Shown here: piece by piece, positions 35,424-49,319 of the stretch
How positions within the stretch are numbered: the stretch's first letter is position 1
How the letters are laid out: each line of letters starts with the position of its first letter
NCBI RefSeq assembly: GCF_001194135.2
Contig: NC_068984.1
Span: 81,652,006-81,702,602 of the forward strand
DNA from: Octopus bimaculoides
Lineage: Eukaryota
Reading direction: 5' to 3'
DNA length: 50,597 nucleotides
Notes under the pieces: generated by a model
What the model saw: the letters and a program-made list of their open reading frames with translations, nothing else
What the model was told of the DNA's origin: nothing
Database searches by the model: none
Translations under genes and position numbers: made by a program

Positions 35424-35910
35424 TATACATGCATATATATTTCCGTGCGTATGTGTATGTATGTATGTATGTGTGTGTGTGTGTAAGTATAAACAGGAAA
35501 AAATTGGCTGAGATTTAGAAAGTCTGGAAAAACTTGTTTTATCTAATTTTATACGTTATTAAAACAGCGTTTAATGAAAAATGACAGAAATAAATAGAAT
35601 AATCTCTATGTACCTGATTTGATCACGATTTTATTTGAAACGGCAATGAAAGTAAATGGCAGAAAATTACGGGTAAGAAGAGGGTAGATATTATTTAGAA
35701 GCGGGTGTCAAGGAAATAAATGTGAGGGAAAACTTGAGAGAAACTTAGAAGAGAAAGTGAAGATAAATAAATGTGAACGGAAAACCTGACAGACAGACAG
35801 ACAGGGAAAAAAGAAAGAAAAAGAAAGGAAGAGTTGATGTTTTTTGTGGGAGTTGGATTCAGCTTTCTGTGTCTGTATATCTCGATCTTGGAGTTAGATA
35901 GATAGATGGT

Positions 35911-35948
<38 letters not shown>

Positions 35949-36070
35949 CATACATACATACATACATACATACATACATACATACATACAAAAATTAAAA
36001 AAAGAGAGTGAATGAGAAAGAAAGAAAAGTGAGTAGAGAGATTCACATGAGAATTAAGTACCATGAGATA

Positions 36071-36291
36071 TACGACGGGAAGATGAAAAGTTCCTGGCTT
36101 TAAGGTTTTTGTGAAAGGCCTGGTTGGAGGCCCAGCCTTCCGAGTTTTTTTACAGGGCTTAGAAACATTGAAGGACCATTGCAGTAAGTATGTGATTCTG
36201 AGAGAGGAATATTTTGAATAAAATCATAATTAACTAATTCTCTTGTATTTTCTTTTACGCAAGGCCAGGAAATTTTCAGTACCTCTTCGTA
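36071..36291 (+). mobile_element. Mariner-derived miniature element (MITE)
   Basis: TA at both ends; 29-bp imperfect TIRs (21/29 identical); interior encodes FLQGLETLKDHCSKYVILREEYFE*, a mariner C-terminus. Confidence 0.8.
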
Positions 36292-37581
36292 GACTGGAAT
36301 AGAAAAGAGAGTTGGGTAGAAGAAAGATAATGGGTTTGTGTCAGGAAGTGAGAAACAGTTAGAGACCGATGCGCAGAGAGAGGGGCAGAGGTGGGAGAGA
36401 TATAGAGATAGAGGGAGCAAAGAAAGACGGAGAGAGGGAGACAGAGATACAGATAGAGAAACAGAAAGACGGAGAGAAACAGAATTATGAGGAACAACTG
36501 AGAGACATTATCTATAGATTAGTTTAAGTAAAGAAATGTATTCTCTTTCCCACCCACTCCAGAATCAGCAGATATTTTTGCCCCGATATATCCTAAACTT
36601 TAATCATTTCCCGTAATTTTTCCTCCTTTTTTTGACGAGACAGAAACAAGGTTTCGTAAAATAAAAAGATGTCACACAGGATGTACTCCGTTTATGATAT
36701 ATTGGTGTAACTGAGGAAAAAAGGATTCAGACTTTGGTTGGGCGGATCGGAAATTGTTTGCGAAATACGAGATTGTAAAAGACAAAAACAAGTATGAAAA
36801 TGAATAAAACAAGGGTTTTTCTAATTCATTTTGTTGTTAAAGTAACTAAGCGGAGAAATGAATCCTTGGGTGAGGTTTCTGATGAAGACATCGCAAGAAT
36901 AAAAAAGAACAATAACGATAGTAGAAACAACAACAACAACAACAACAATAATATAATGATAATAATAATGTGTAAAATAACCGTAAACATCTACATTTTA
37001 AAGTCTCACTATTTCATGAAGCAACTTCTGTAAGCAACAAAGCATTGAAACTTAGATTCTCAAAATAAAATTATCAAAAACCTGCCTTTCTTGGAATTTT
37101 GGGGAAGTAGGGAAAAATAATTATGTGAAAAAAAGAAACAACAGTAAATGAAGAGTAAAACTAAAAAACAAAAGCGATAAATTCAACGAAAGAATGAATG
37201 CAAATATTTTTTTGTTAACTATTTTATTTTATTCTATAACAAGGTTTCTTTGGGTGGTCTTTGGTGTAAGTTGTGTTATTTCAAGAGCGAAAAAAAAAGA
37301 GGGGAAAAGTCTTAGGCATCAGTTTGGATGTTGTCTTTATGAGAAAGAATGAAACAATTACCAAAAAATATATCAACAATCTGTGAGCTTTCGTAAACTA
37401 GTGAGTTGTTAGAACAAAATTTTAATGGCTTCGTCTTTTTGTTGTTGCTGTTGTTGTAGTTAAGCTCAAATTCGGTCGTGATTGAGCAATTTTCTGACAG
37501 AAATAATTTCAACAATGGTCCATTGGACACACAATTTTTTTTTTTTTTTTTTTTTGTACCCCAGATACCATCTATCTAATA

Positions 37582-37625
37582 CAGTGGTTCTCAACCGAGG
37601 TCCATATGGTTCTTGGGGGTCCCAT
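37582..37625 (+). mobile_element. Possible hAT/Charlie-like terminus
   Basis: cagtggttctcaacc resembles Charlie-type TIRs; no partner end found. Confidence 0.3.
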
Positions 37626-37627
37626 AC

Positions 37628-37795
37628 TCTTTACTCTTTACTCTTTTACCTGTTTCATTCATTTGACTGTGGCCATGCTGGAGCACCGCATTTAGTTGAG
37701 CGAACCGACCCCAGGACTTATTCTTTGTAAGCCTAGTACTTATTCTATCGGTCTCTTTTGCCGAACTGCTAGGTTACGGGGACGTNNNNNNNNNN

Positions 37796-37829
<34 letters not shown>

Positions 37830-37965
37830 GACGGGCATCTTTCAGTTTCCGTCTACCAAATCCACTCACAAGGCTTTGGTAGGCCCGAGGCTATAATAGA
37901 AGACACTTGGCCAAGGTGCCACGCAGTGAGATTGAATCCGGAACCATGAGGTTCGTAAGCAAGTG
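37628..37965 (-). mobile_element. CORE-type SINE (family E) spanning a 10-N gap and (AT)n
   Basis: Reverse complement matches 3040-3180 (head/core) and 22610-22740 (tail). Confidence 0.85.
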
Positions 37966-39479
37966 CACAGTAAATTGGTTTTACTTCTACAATGCACAAA
38001 ATATTTTAACAATTTTTTATACAATTCCTGATAATATTTAATTATAAAAATATAATGGATCTTTTTTATCGTCGAATTGTTTTGAGGATCCATCCGAGTA
38101 AAATAGGAATCAAAGTGTTCCACAGGTAAAAAATGGTTGAGAATCACTGACCTAATGCTACATTATACAATGTAGGCGTCATCATTTTTCTTTAAGATAG
38201 CATGATATGTTTTAATGGAAATTTGACTACTACTTCAGGCAGGTCAAGCGACCGCGTTAGATCTTCCATTCGTTTTCATGTAGACTATACAAGTCAAATC
38301 AGCGTGATGAACATCACTCCTCTACAGAACTGACATACAAATACGTTTAAACTCGAGCTGCTAGAAATCAAGAGGCAATTCTACCTCAGATCACAATATT
38401 CTATCTCAAAAGTGCAACCACAATGGATAATGTAAATCTAAATAGATTATATTTGAAATGAGCAAAACACCTTTGGTATTATATCTGCTCTATCAGCGCT
38501 AATCTGAGGCGGAAACCATAACACAACAGTAACATTAATTGTACAATATTCCAAGATGGCAGATATGACAGAATCAGAAACCAAAGTTGGTGCAATATTT
38601 ATTAGTATCCTGCGCGCTGAGAGTTTGAATTCAATCGAGTCGACTTTGTTTTTCATCCCTTTCAACTTATTGAGGTTAATAAATAAATGAATATACACAA
38701 TGGATCAACTCAGATGATTACGTTCCTCTACAAATAATTGACTTCTAACTGAGCAAAGGAATTGTTCTGTTATGTTAAAAACTTCGATTGTCTTCGATTT
38801 CGTTTCATATTTTAGGTGGCTAAAAGTGTGATACTCAAACACATATCGAATCTTAATCAACTTGGTTCGCTTTTCGAAATGGTGTTTTGTGGCCCGATGT
38901 CCTTCAACCCTTTTAGTTGCCTCTAACGACACACGGGCATATAATGAACTTATACTAAAACCGGGATGGACATGGTCATATTACAAGAAGTAAAACAAAA
39001 ACTATGGTGATTGTCTACGTTGATGAAAATTGTATAGCAGTGATTGTGAGTTTATTTAAGTTTATACAGTGTAGGGCAAAGAATTGTGTGACGTTTAGGA
39101 TGTCATTTCACTTGAGCGGGAGAACAAATTATTCTCTCTATCTATCTATCTAGCTATCTATCTTTCTATCTCAGACCTGTGACTTGTGCAACCATACTTT
39201 TTGACTTAATATGACTTGTACGAATACATTTTCATGTAGTAGGAAATGAAATGGCTTCGGATTACCGGTAGCTTACCTCTACCTTAATTACCGTAAATAT
39301 ATTCTAAATATGTGTCACAAATTGTTGTTTAATCCCAAATCTACTCTGATTAGGCGGACTTATAATCAAAGGTATTATAGTAAAGACTACGCTGTGGTTT
39401 TTCTTCTTCTTTTTTTCGGAATATAACTTCTTTAACACTACAATATTTAATATATATATGTCCACGTTGTGACTGATAG

Positions 39480-39900
39480 TGGGACCCTGGTTTGGGAGTT
39501 TCAGAGTTTTGAGGATTATAGAACCACCTCTTAGCCTCTACTGTTCCCAGATCTGCTCTGACCTAGAATAGTAATACCTGTCTGAGTCTCAGCTGTGGAT
39601 TAATTGCTATGTTACGCAAGTGCCTTCGGAAGGTCACTCGCAGACATCCCACCGAACCCAGGGCAGATGAGACCCTTCAGCTCTTTAGCTGCTCATCTAA
39701 AAGAAGGTAACTCCGTACAAATCCTGACAACTACTGGCTCGTGGCATTTGTTGCACCAGAAAATACAAGCTGTGGGACAATATAGTGGAGCTGGTTCTGC
39801 ACAAGCCGCTCCGACTATAATATTGCCCATTAGGGTAATTTACTGAGCTTTAAGAACAGGAAGAGGGAGTAAAACCTACAAAAAAATCTGGAATGAGGAC
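39480..39900 (+). mobile_element. Degenerate interspersed repeat, possibly RTE-like 5' region
   Basis: GC-balanced block with an agatgag/ctcatct stem followed by aaaagaaggtaactc; resemblance is from memory only. Confidence 0.25.
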
Positions 39901-40735
39901 CCCAAAGGCAGATATGTACCGTGATAGTTACCAAGCTTCTTACGCACGTGTTCTTTTTGTCGCTTATTAAATGCTTAAACCACATCCGGTATGAGGTGAC
40001 CATGAGAAGTGCTAAAAATAACAGCTAAATAGGCCATACATAACGCCCTTTTTTTTATTTTTGCATAATCGTTTGAATTCCCGTGTGTGGATTACAAATT
40101 CGCAAAATTTTCGGAAAATTCAAAAGATAAAAAAATGTTATGGGGGGTTTATATGGCGTGCGTAAAGCAGAATTCCGCCAATATTTCATTTGTTTATACG
40201 TGCTGTCACGCACAAAATGACAACTTCCAAATTTTATGACTGGGTAAAAATGATCAAACTTTAAAACTCTGTAACTTAATTTTTTTTTTATGAAGAAAGC
40301 TAAGTATCTCCTGAGATTCAGCATGGAAAACTACATCAATACACCAAATTTTAAAATTTTCACTAAAATTTAAAATTTCCACTGGTGCAGCCAAACAGAA
40401 AAGATCCCAGTGTTCTGATATAATGCCCTTAGCTCAAAGCAAGCTGAGGAGTCGAAGCTTTTTGATAGTAGTGGTCGCGTATGAGTGGAAGCATTTGAGC
40501 ATAGTACCAATGACGGCCGTGAAGGTTTATCGTAATTTTTTTTTATTTGGTTGTTTATTCTTAATTCTTTGTTAGCATACTGTTTTGTAAAGTGATATTT
40601 AGATCAAGCTGAGCTTGTAGTGTGATAGATAGATATCTATGTCCGCCCATGGTAGCAAAGTTAGATGTCAGAGGGTGGTTAGCGTTCGTTGTTTCTGAAA
40701 GCCATTGAAATTTGTATCTCTCTTCTCGTTTTCAG

Positions 40736-40802
40736 TAAAGAACGGGTATTTTTGCATCGAGACCGCCTTGACACGCCCTGGAGTAGGAAGTCAGTAACCG
40801 AG
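40736..40802 (+). other. Candidate 67-nt internal exon of an unidentified gene (UTR or coding)
   Basis: Acceptor tctctcttctcgttttcag, donor GAG/gtaagg, one open frame KERVFLHRDRLDTPWSRKSVTE; no recognised homology. Confidence 0.3.
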
Positions 40803-41708
40803 GTAAGGCCAGATTATTTTGTTGTTCACCTTTTCCACCACACAAACTACACACACACACCACAATAAGAAGATATTGTATTCATATACAGACCGAGAAT
40901 ATACAAAATAACACACACACACACACACACACATTTACAAAATTACATCCACATGCACGCACACACGTACACAAAACAATAAATAACTTGATATCCGACA
41001 GCAGTAAGAACCTGAAAGATATGAATAAAGCTTAATTTTAGCGCCTTATTGATTTCAGTCACATACACTCAAAACATTTTGGAATTTCTGTACTTAACAT
41101 TATATATGACCTTTGAACTTTGACATTTTTTTCTGCTATTTTATTAGTATGATTGCTAGCAAATAAAATTAGCTGTGTTTAAGATTGTGAGAGAGACGAG
41201 GGAGAGAGAGGAAGGATGGGAGGTGAAGAGAGCTGGGTTGGGAGAGATTGAAAAATAGATATTGAGAGAAATCGGGAAGAAACTATAAAAGAACTTCAAA
41301 ATAAAGACTGCGACTGATAAGAATTTGACGAGTCTAGTCGCAATTTGTTGACGAACGTCTATTCAACTATAATTCCAAAAGGAGTTACGTTGTTAGTGTG
41401 TCATGAGTTGAACAAAAACAAAATTTATTGTTTAGTAAAAGATTCTGTCTGAAAAGTTAAATAGTTTTCTTTCCCTACAACACACATTATTGCCACTTTT
41501 TTTTATATAAATAAAGATAGTTAGTGGTAGTTGTGGCAATTCATACAATTTGGAATAGAGTGAGAAAGATAGGAAATATATTGGTACACGCATGGCTGTA
41601 TGGTTAGGGAATTCGCTTCGCATCCAAGTGGTCCCAAACACTTACCTCGTATTTATTGTACAGGACTTTGAGGAACCGTCCTAATTTTATAAGGAGCCAC
41701 ACGAGTGA

Positions 41709-41743
<35 letters not shown>

Positions 41744-42300
41744 TATGTGTGTATTTATATATATATATATATAAATATATATACACAGACACTCACACAC
41801 ACGCGCACGTGCGTTTGTGTGTACGCGTATGTATGTATATATATATAAATATATATGTACACATAGACACACTCACACTCACACACGTGCACACTTATAC
41901 ACGTGTGTAAAAACAAAAAAAAAACTTCAGTAAAGATGTAGAATAGATAATCACCAAATTAGTGCTCGAACCAGACTTAATTCTTAAAATTTAGCGTGCT
42001 AATCACGAGAAAAATATCTAACTGAACAAAAGTTGGCTATAAGAAAGGCATAGGTTGAGCGAATAATAATAAAAAAATAACAGGTGGGTAATCAGTTATA
42101 TGTGCCATCAAAAAATTTTTACTCATGTACATAAACATCAATATCATTAAGATGAAAAAAGATTGTCCTCGCAACGTCTTTACAGTCGTTTCGAAAATTT
42201 GGTGACCATTTCATTATGCAAACAAGAAAACAACGAATCGAGAAAACAGCGGAAATTCAAAAATTATTAGCATATAAGTGTCAATTCAAGCTATATGCAT

Positions 42301-42972
42301 TATATCACCGATGAAAAATGGTGCCTGTACATCAATATGAAGCAGCGTGAAACAAGATCTTCATCCGCGTAAAACGATGTTGTGCGTATGGTGGGACTGG
42401 GAAGGGGTTATCCATTACGAATTGCTTGAACGGGACCAAACGGCCAACGCGGAACTCTATGTTCAACAGATGGAACAACTTAACACGGCTATTCAAGAGA
42501 AAAGACCTAATCGGCAGCATGGAGTTCTTCAGCTGCACAACGCCCGCCCTCATATCGCCAATTTGACCAAGGAAGCCATTCAGCAGCATGGAGTTCTTCT
42601 GCTGCACAACGCCCGCCCTCATATCGCCAATTTAACCAAGGAAGCCATTCAAATGCATGGCTGGGAAGTGCTGCCACACCCACCGTACTCTCCTGATTTG
42701 GCACCAACGGATTTCCACCTCTTTCGATCTCTTTCAAATGCTATGCGCGGAGTTAGGTTCAATCTGATGCAGAATTGAGAGCTTGGTAGGATCAATTTTT
42801 CGAGTCAAAATCAGGTGATTTCTACCAACGAGGTATTGAAAATCTTGTTGAACGTTGGGAAGAAGTTGCAAACAACAAGGGTGAATACTTTATTGATTAA
42901 TTAGTTATTTTTTATTAAACCTTTTAAAAACTTAAATTAAAAAACCGTGGAAACTTAGTTGCCAACCTAATA
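42301..42972 (+). pseudogene. Mariner (DD34D-type) transposase catalytic-domain remnant with right TIR
   Basis: ITDEKW...LCVWWDWEGVIHYELL...LHNARPH...HPPYSPDLAPTDFHLFRSL; right end aaaccgtggaaacttagttgccaacctaa-ta; in-frame 69-bp duplication at 42515-42652. Confidence 0.92.
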
Positions 42973-43240
42973 TATATATACATATATATAAGCACGCACA
43001 CACACACACACGCACACGCACGCACGCACGCACGCACNNNNNNNNNNGGGAAGAAGTTGCAAACAACAAGGGTGAATACTTTATTGATTAATTAGTTATT
43101 TTTTATTAAACCTTTTAAAAACTTAAATTAAAAAACCGTGGAAACTTAGTTGCCAACCTAATATATATATACATATATATAAGCACGCACACACACACAC
43201 ACGCACACGCACGCACGCACGCACGCACGCACGCACACAC

Positions 43241-43277
<37 letters not shown>

Positions 43278-44577
43278 GCCGTACATTCATTGCCTCTATA
43301 AATAACCTGTCTTTGACGAATGCCGCACGAATGAAATTTTTTGCTGTGAAATGGTACGGAGAGAGGCAAACGAGTTCACGAGCAACTTCAGAGTATCGAA
43401 TTTGTAGGTGATCAAAGAGAAAGTTAATAAGAGTCGTGAAATGCACTATCTTACTTTGGAGGTGACTTCTGTCCTGAATACATGGATTGCGCTTGTTTAT
43501 TTGTTTTACAATTTTTTTAGAACCTGTTGCAATATCTATTTAATGCACAACAGAGCTAAAACAGAACTGAAGTAGATTCAAATATTGCTAAACCTCATTG
43601 TGGGTGAACTAAGAGTGTAAACACATTCTTTCTATGCTATTGAAGTGCAAAAAAGAAAGTGGAGGGATGAAGTTTTCTGACGGACAGTTTTACGGTTTGT
43701 TGACCACTCCTCAGAGAAGACACATTAGGCTTCCTTCCTCAGTGGCAGATATCATCAGCTATATAATGCCATAAATTAGGCTAGCATATCAGCTTGTTCA
43801 AGTCGTTAATTAAGCTTCAAGATACTTGACGAAGGTGAGAGGTGTCAAACGGAATGCGAAAACTGAATGCGTGTGGCAAGACTGGAGAGGTTTAATGGAT
43901 CTATTTGAGCATGTTTTGCAAAAGAAAAAAAGTGTGAGACGACATTTTTGATAACCTGGATGTAGCAGAGTAATCCGAATCTTTGTGCGAATTTTCCTCC
44001 AATTATCCTGAGTTACCTTCCCACTATTTACAATTTTTTTTGTTTGATTTTTTAGTGTTACATATTTTGTTTTTGCTGATTTCTTTCTACTCGGTATAAA
44101 ACCTGCTTTTGTGCGTTTGTACTTCTTTCTATTATCCTCAGTGTTTCATGTCCTTGTAGCCAATAAAAAAAATCATTGTTGTAATTATTACTGTCGTTGT
44201 TGTTGTTGTTGTCGTTGTTATTGGTGCTGCCACTTCCACCGCCGCCGCTGCTCCGTCGTCGCCGTCGCCTTTGTTGTATTACTGCAGTAACAAATGGTTA
44301 TCGCGATTATCTGTATCATTAATGTTTCCCTCTAACCGCGATGATATATTTAGGAATTATCAAGATAATTTGTGTTGGCATCTTGACCGAGGTGCTTAAA
44401 CGGCCTCTGACAACATTCAAAGTGGCAGAAAGTTTGTTTCCTAGCTATTAGCTAACGTCTTTGTCTTGGCGATAACCAAATAGTACCTGTAAGCACCAAA
44501 GATTAGTACTGTTTCAATAGATGCTTTGTTTTACAGTTTCCAGTCTCCAGTTTTCGTTTTATTGTTGTTGTTGTTGC

Positions 44578-44644
<67 letters not shown>

Positions 44645-44919
44645 TGCTTCAACTTTTATCAAACCACCATACTGCAAGACTTTTAATGGTCTTTCGATTA
44701 CGTTAATTTCGCCCATTTTAAGTTAGTTGATATTATATCCCAACGGGAACAAAGATCATTCATAGCACCAATGCTTTACTCTGCTTTCGCGAAAAGTTTA
44801 GTATACGAGAAACATTTGTCACTTAATATTGAAAATTGAAAAAAAAAAAAAAAAAGAATTAACTGTCTTGTGAAAATATATCGGATAATATTTTAAGAAT
44901 TAGGTAATCTGATTATAAC

Positions 44920-45060
44920 AGCAGTGGCCTGGAGAGGGGAGGCTGGTATGCATGGGCGACTGCTGGTCTTCCATAAACAGCCTTGCCCGGACTTGTATCT
45001 CGGAAGGAAACTTTCTAGGTGCAAATCCATGATCATTCATAACTGCAGGTGTTCGATACT
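44920..45060 (+). mobile_element. Isolated type-D SINE/LINE tail
   Basis: Matches 1700-1824. Confidence 0.7.
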
Positions 45061-45255
45061 CTATATTAATGACACGAAAATGAGCTAAAAGGAATAACTC
45101 AGTGTGACCAGCGGCATATATTTGAATGACAAGGACAAATAACGGTATACTGAATAACATACAACATAAATTCTTGATTTATTGAAATGACCATTACTTT
45201 CAGAGACGGTAGAACATCCGCATAAAAACAACTAGAGTCCACTCAAAATGTGTGC

Positions 45256-45326
<71 letters not shown>

Positions 45327-45489
45327 GGTGAAGGACTCTTGTATGGTATTTCTTCTTCCTGAGTTGCTCAGGCAACCCCTTGTTATTCTTGCCATAAGAA
45401 ACACAGTGAACCAGTTATTGATTGATTGGAATGCTGTAACCAACGATATTATTGTTAACAAAGGTGATATATTTTATATATTCTATATA

Positions 45490-45920
45490 AAAAATACTAC
45501 ATCATTTGAACAATATAAAGAATGTACCACCAGCATTGCCCCATTGACCTTAACATCAGAATTCATCCAAGGTTGAGATCCCAAGCCATACAGCCATCTG
45601 CAGAATTCAAGTTCACAACACATAAACATATTGCAACACAGTTACTTAACCTCAACAGGCCTTGCTCTATTTAACATTATCCCAAAACAAATCAAAGAAG
45701 AAAAATGATCCCCTCACTTTCAAACGATATATGGACAAATTTCTTCAAGGAATACTAATAGACAAGCTACCTATACCTGGACACAACTCAGTCAACAACT
45801 TTCTACATGAATGAGCCATATCACAAAACGTGACTTAAAAATGACTTCAAAGATTTTATAAGGTAGTGCTATTAAGTTAGATATGGCATGGGCCAATTTT
45901 GACTTAATCATGTCTAAGTT
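45490..45920 (+). pseudogene. CR1/L2-like LINE 3' end
   Basis: IHPRL...GLALFNIIPKQIKEE...FKRYMDKFLQ; 3' UTR tagtgctattaagttag shared with 16605-16622. Confidence 0.7.
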
Positions 45921-46331
45921 ATTTTATCCAAATCATTTTTAAGTTCAATAGCTTGAAACAAACAGAGAAGGATTTGTCTTTCGTAACTATAAAACACACA
46001 TTATAGTCAAATAAATTCATAGTTCGACTTCTTATTAGACTCTTCTATCTTAGTTCACATTCTCTCCTATATCAAAATATATACCAGTATGTTTGGCAAG
46101 AAAGACATAAATATTGCTTAGCTGTGACGTATTATCGAAAATTAATTATAGATTATAAATTGCATTTAATTTAGGTACGACGTTAGTAATTTTTTAAGGG
46201 AAGGAGTTAGACGATACCATCGACTAGTAACTGGTACTTTATGTTATTGACCTAGGAGGGTTCAAATCCAAAGTTGACCTCGGTGAAATCTGAAATCAGA
46301 ACGTAAAGAACCGGAAATTATTGGTTCTGTT

Positions 46332-46897
46332 ATCGTTTACTTGTTTCAGTTAATTGACTATGACAATGCTGGAGAACTACCTTGAAGGATTTAGTAGAAG
46401 AAATCAGCTCCAGTACTTACTCTGGTACTTATTCTATAGGTCTCTTAGCCGAACCGCTTGGTTACAGCGAGGTAACAATGCCAACACTGGTTATTTAGTG
46501 ATGGAAGAGGAACAATCACAAACACAAGCACACACACATATGTATATACGTTAGAAGAATTACGGTAAAAGCGGTGCGAAAGTAACTATCTTACTATGGC
46601 GCTTGAATTGGTTTGCCGTGAGAAAGAAGAGAGAAATGTCGTTCTGTGTCGTGGACAAAGAGCTATCCTTGAAAAGCCACGCTTTCTCAAAACAAACTAC
46701 TTTATTTCAGTATATGAACAGTTTGTATAAATATGTATATATACGGCGGGCTTCAACACAGTTTCTACCGACCAAATCCACTCACAAGGCCTTGGTCAAC
46801 CCGGGGCTATAGTAAAAGGCACTTGCCTATGGTGCTGTGCAGTGAGACTGAACTCGAAATCATGTGGTTGCAAAGTGAGCTTCTTAGCGACACAGCC
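46332..46897 (-). mobile_element. CORE-type SINE (family E) interrupted by an unrelated ~190-bp sequence
   Basis: Tail at 46332-46520, head/core at 46740-46897, insert at ~46550-46735. Confidence 0.75.
46574..46730. repeat. Unclassified hairpin-containing repeat, copy 1 of 3
   Basis: Aligns with 49688-49820 and 50105-50266. Confidence 0.8.
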
Positions 46898-47344
46898 ATA
46901 AGCCAACATATGAAAGTAAAAAAAACATCAATAATTGGATGTAATTGCTGTATGTCCCAGTTTAATGTATGCAAAACAGTAAATGTGAATATTATCTTTT
47001 AAATATATTTATAGTACCGCTAACGACAGCAATACCTCCGCTGCCTCAGTTGAATTATTCTCCAACTTTATAAAATTGGTATTTATTTCATCTCTGCTGG
47101 AGAATGGAGAAACGCTATTATAAAAATAAACACGTCTACTGAAACAGGATCTGAATTCTGAAAACAGTTTCAGTTTCTGTAATATCATCTAGACCAATGA
47201 GAATTCTGATGTATTGAATATAAAGATCAACAACATATTAATGTGAAATTTATATGTCGTTGTTGCTGCTGTTTTGCTCCTAATTGAACAAACTCTATGT
47301 TCAAAGGACATTCAATCTTTGTCAATTCAGCCCTTTTTTTTTTC

Positions 47345-47510
47345 AGCCGGTATAGTTGTATGGTTAGAAGTTTACTTAGCAACCACACGATTCCAGGTAC
47401 AGCCCAACTGTGTGACACATTGGGCGAGTGTCTTCTACTATTGCCCTGGGTCAACCTAAGCCGTGTGGACGAAAACTGAAAAAAGCCCGTCGTATATATA
47501 TAATAAAGCA
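47345..47510 (+). mobile_element. CORE-type SINE (family E) head/core
   Basis: ttgggcgagtgtcttctacta...gaaaactgaaaaaagcccgtcg followed by (AT)/(GT)n. Confidence 0.8.
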
Positions 47511-47511
47511 G

Positions 47512-47613
<102 letters not shown>

Positions 47614-48840
47614 TGCATATGTTCCTTATGGATTCGAAAACTGAGTTGCCGATTTTGACGTATGAGGTATCAAAAGATTCAGTAATCCTTTGGCTACCAA
47701 ATAAAGTATGTTTTTTGCACAACTCTATTTTACTACAAAAAACCCCCCGAAAACGAGGTCGGGTCGCACAATTTTAAGGCCTTTAGATACGGGAGGCAAC
47801 TCTACCTGAAACATCTTTGTCTTAGAGCATAATGAGAAAATGTTTAAAATACATGAAGCTTTACCAGGGAATGAAACATCGAAGATATACTGTCAACTTT
47901 ATTAGTATTATTTAGTAGATAATCTTTTAATGTGAAGTATGTTCGTCTGTGTTTTGTTTAGCCCAGACCCATTGCATAGTTTGTTTTTTTCTTTTTCCTG
48001 AAATACAGTAAATCTCTCTTTTGATGAAAGGGTGTTTTTTAAGAGAGATTTGGCTGCTATTTGTAGTAGCTCAAGTTACCACAGAGACACCTCTGTGTGT
48101 GTGTATGTGCTTTATTGCAGTGAAAAAAAATACTTTTTCTCAGAATATTTTGCACAATAATTGTTTAAGAAATCTGGACATCTTTCTTACTGTTAACCAT
48201 TCAACTTCAAATTACAAATGTTAATGGTTGGAAGTCAAGTAGACTGAGATGTATATATAGTGTTATCGTATACAACGGAGGTTCAATACGAAGTTTTAAA
48301 CTCATTATCTTGTGGTTAGTAATCTATTACCTTAAATTTGAAGCCATTAAGTAATTAAACATTATTTTATTGGGTTTAACCTTTCGACTGTTGCCATGAT
48401 GGAGTATCACTTCAATAAATTTAATTGATCATACTAACCTCAGTACGTATTTCAATCTGGCATTTATTTTATAGATCGCTGCTTGATGAACTGCTACATT
48501 TGATAGTGGGACACAATACTCGATTTAACAACAAATGTAAACACACACATACACACACATATTAGGTGCAATAATGACTGTGCAGTTGAGAAGTTTGCAT
48601 CTCAACCACATGGTTCCACGTTCAGTCCCTCTGCATGATACCTTGGGCAAGTGATTTCTTCTATGCCCTAGGCCAACCACAGACTTGTGATTGAATTTAA
48701 TATAAACTGTAGCGTTGTTCATCAGAAAATGACTGAAAAACATATTTATAAAGAAGATTTGTATACTTCATACTCCTCGTGCGCCGATTCTCCCCTTAAA
48801 AAGGGAACAAATAATACAATGTGATTGAAGGTCATGACAT

Positions 48841-48863
48841 CCGGGCAACGCCGGGGTGTATTG

Positions 48864-48867
<4 letters not shown>
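48841..48867 (+). mobile_element. Probable Helitron 3' terminus
   Basis: ccgggcaacgccggg hairpin, then 8 nt, then CTAA; close to the 12015-12042 terminus. Confidence 0.5.
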
Positions 48868-48909
<42 letters not shown>

Positions 48910-49319
48910 NNNNNNNNNNNNNNNNNNNNNNNNNNNNNNNNNNNNNNNNNNNNNNNNNNNNNNNNNNNNNNNNNNNNNNNNNNNNNNNNNNNNNNNNNNN
49001 NNNNNNNNNNNNNNNNNNNNNNNNNNNNNNNNNNNNNNNNNNNNNNNNNNNNNNNNNNNNNNNNNNNNNNNNNNNNNNNNNNNNNNNNNNNNNNNNNNNN
49101 NNNNNNNNNNNNNNNNNNNNNNNNNNNNNNNNNNNNNNNNNNNNNNNNNNNNNNNNNNNNNNNNNNNNNNNNNNNNNNNNNNNNNNNNNNNNNNNNNNNN
49201 NNNNNNNNNNNNNNNNNNNNNNNNNNNNNNNNNNNNNNNNNNNNNNNNNNNNNNNNNNTATATATATATATATATATATATATTCATTTATTTATACGTG
49301 CGTGTGAGTGCGCGCGCAT

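Noticed and set aside
42857-43228. Exact ~180-bp duplication of the mariner right end and TIR around a 10-N gap
   Set aside because: Identical copies abutting a minimal gap indicate a scaffolding overlap, not a real second TIR.
44295-44478. 10-bp perfect inverted repeat tggttatcgc/gcgataacca
   Set aside because: It is too short to exclude chance in 50 kb, and there is no TSD or second copy.
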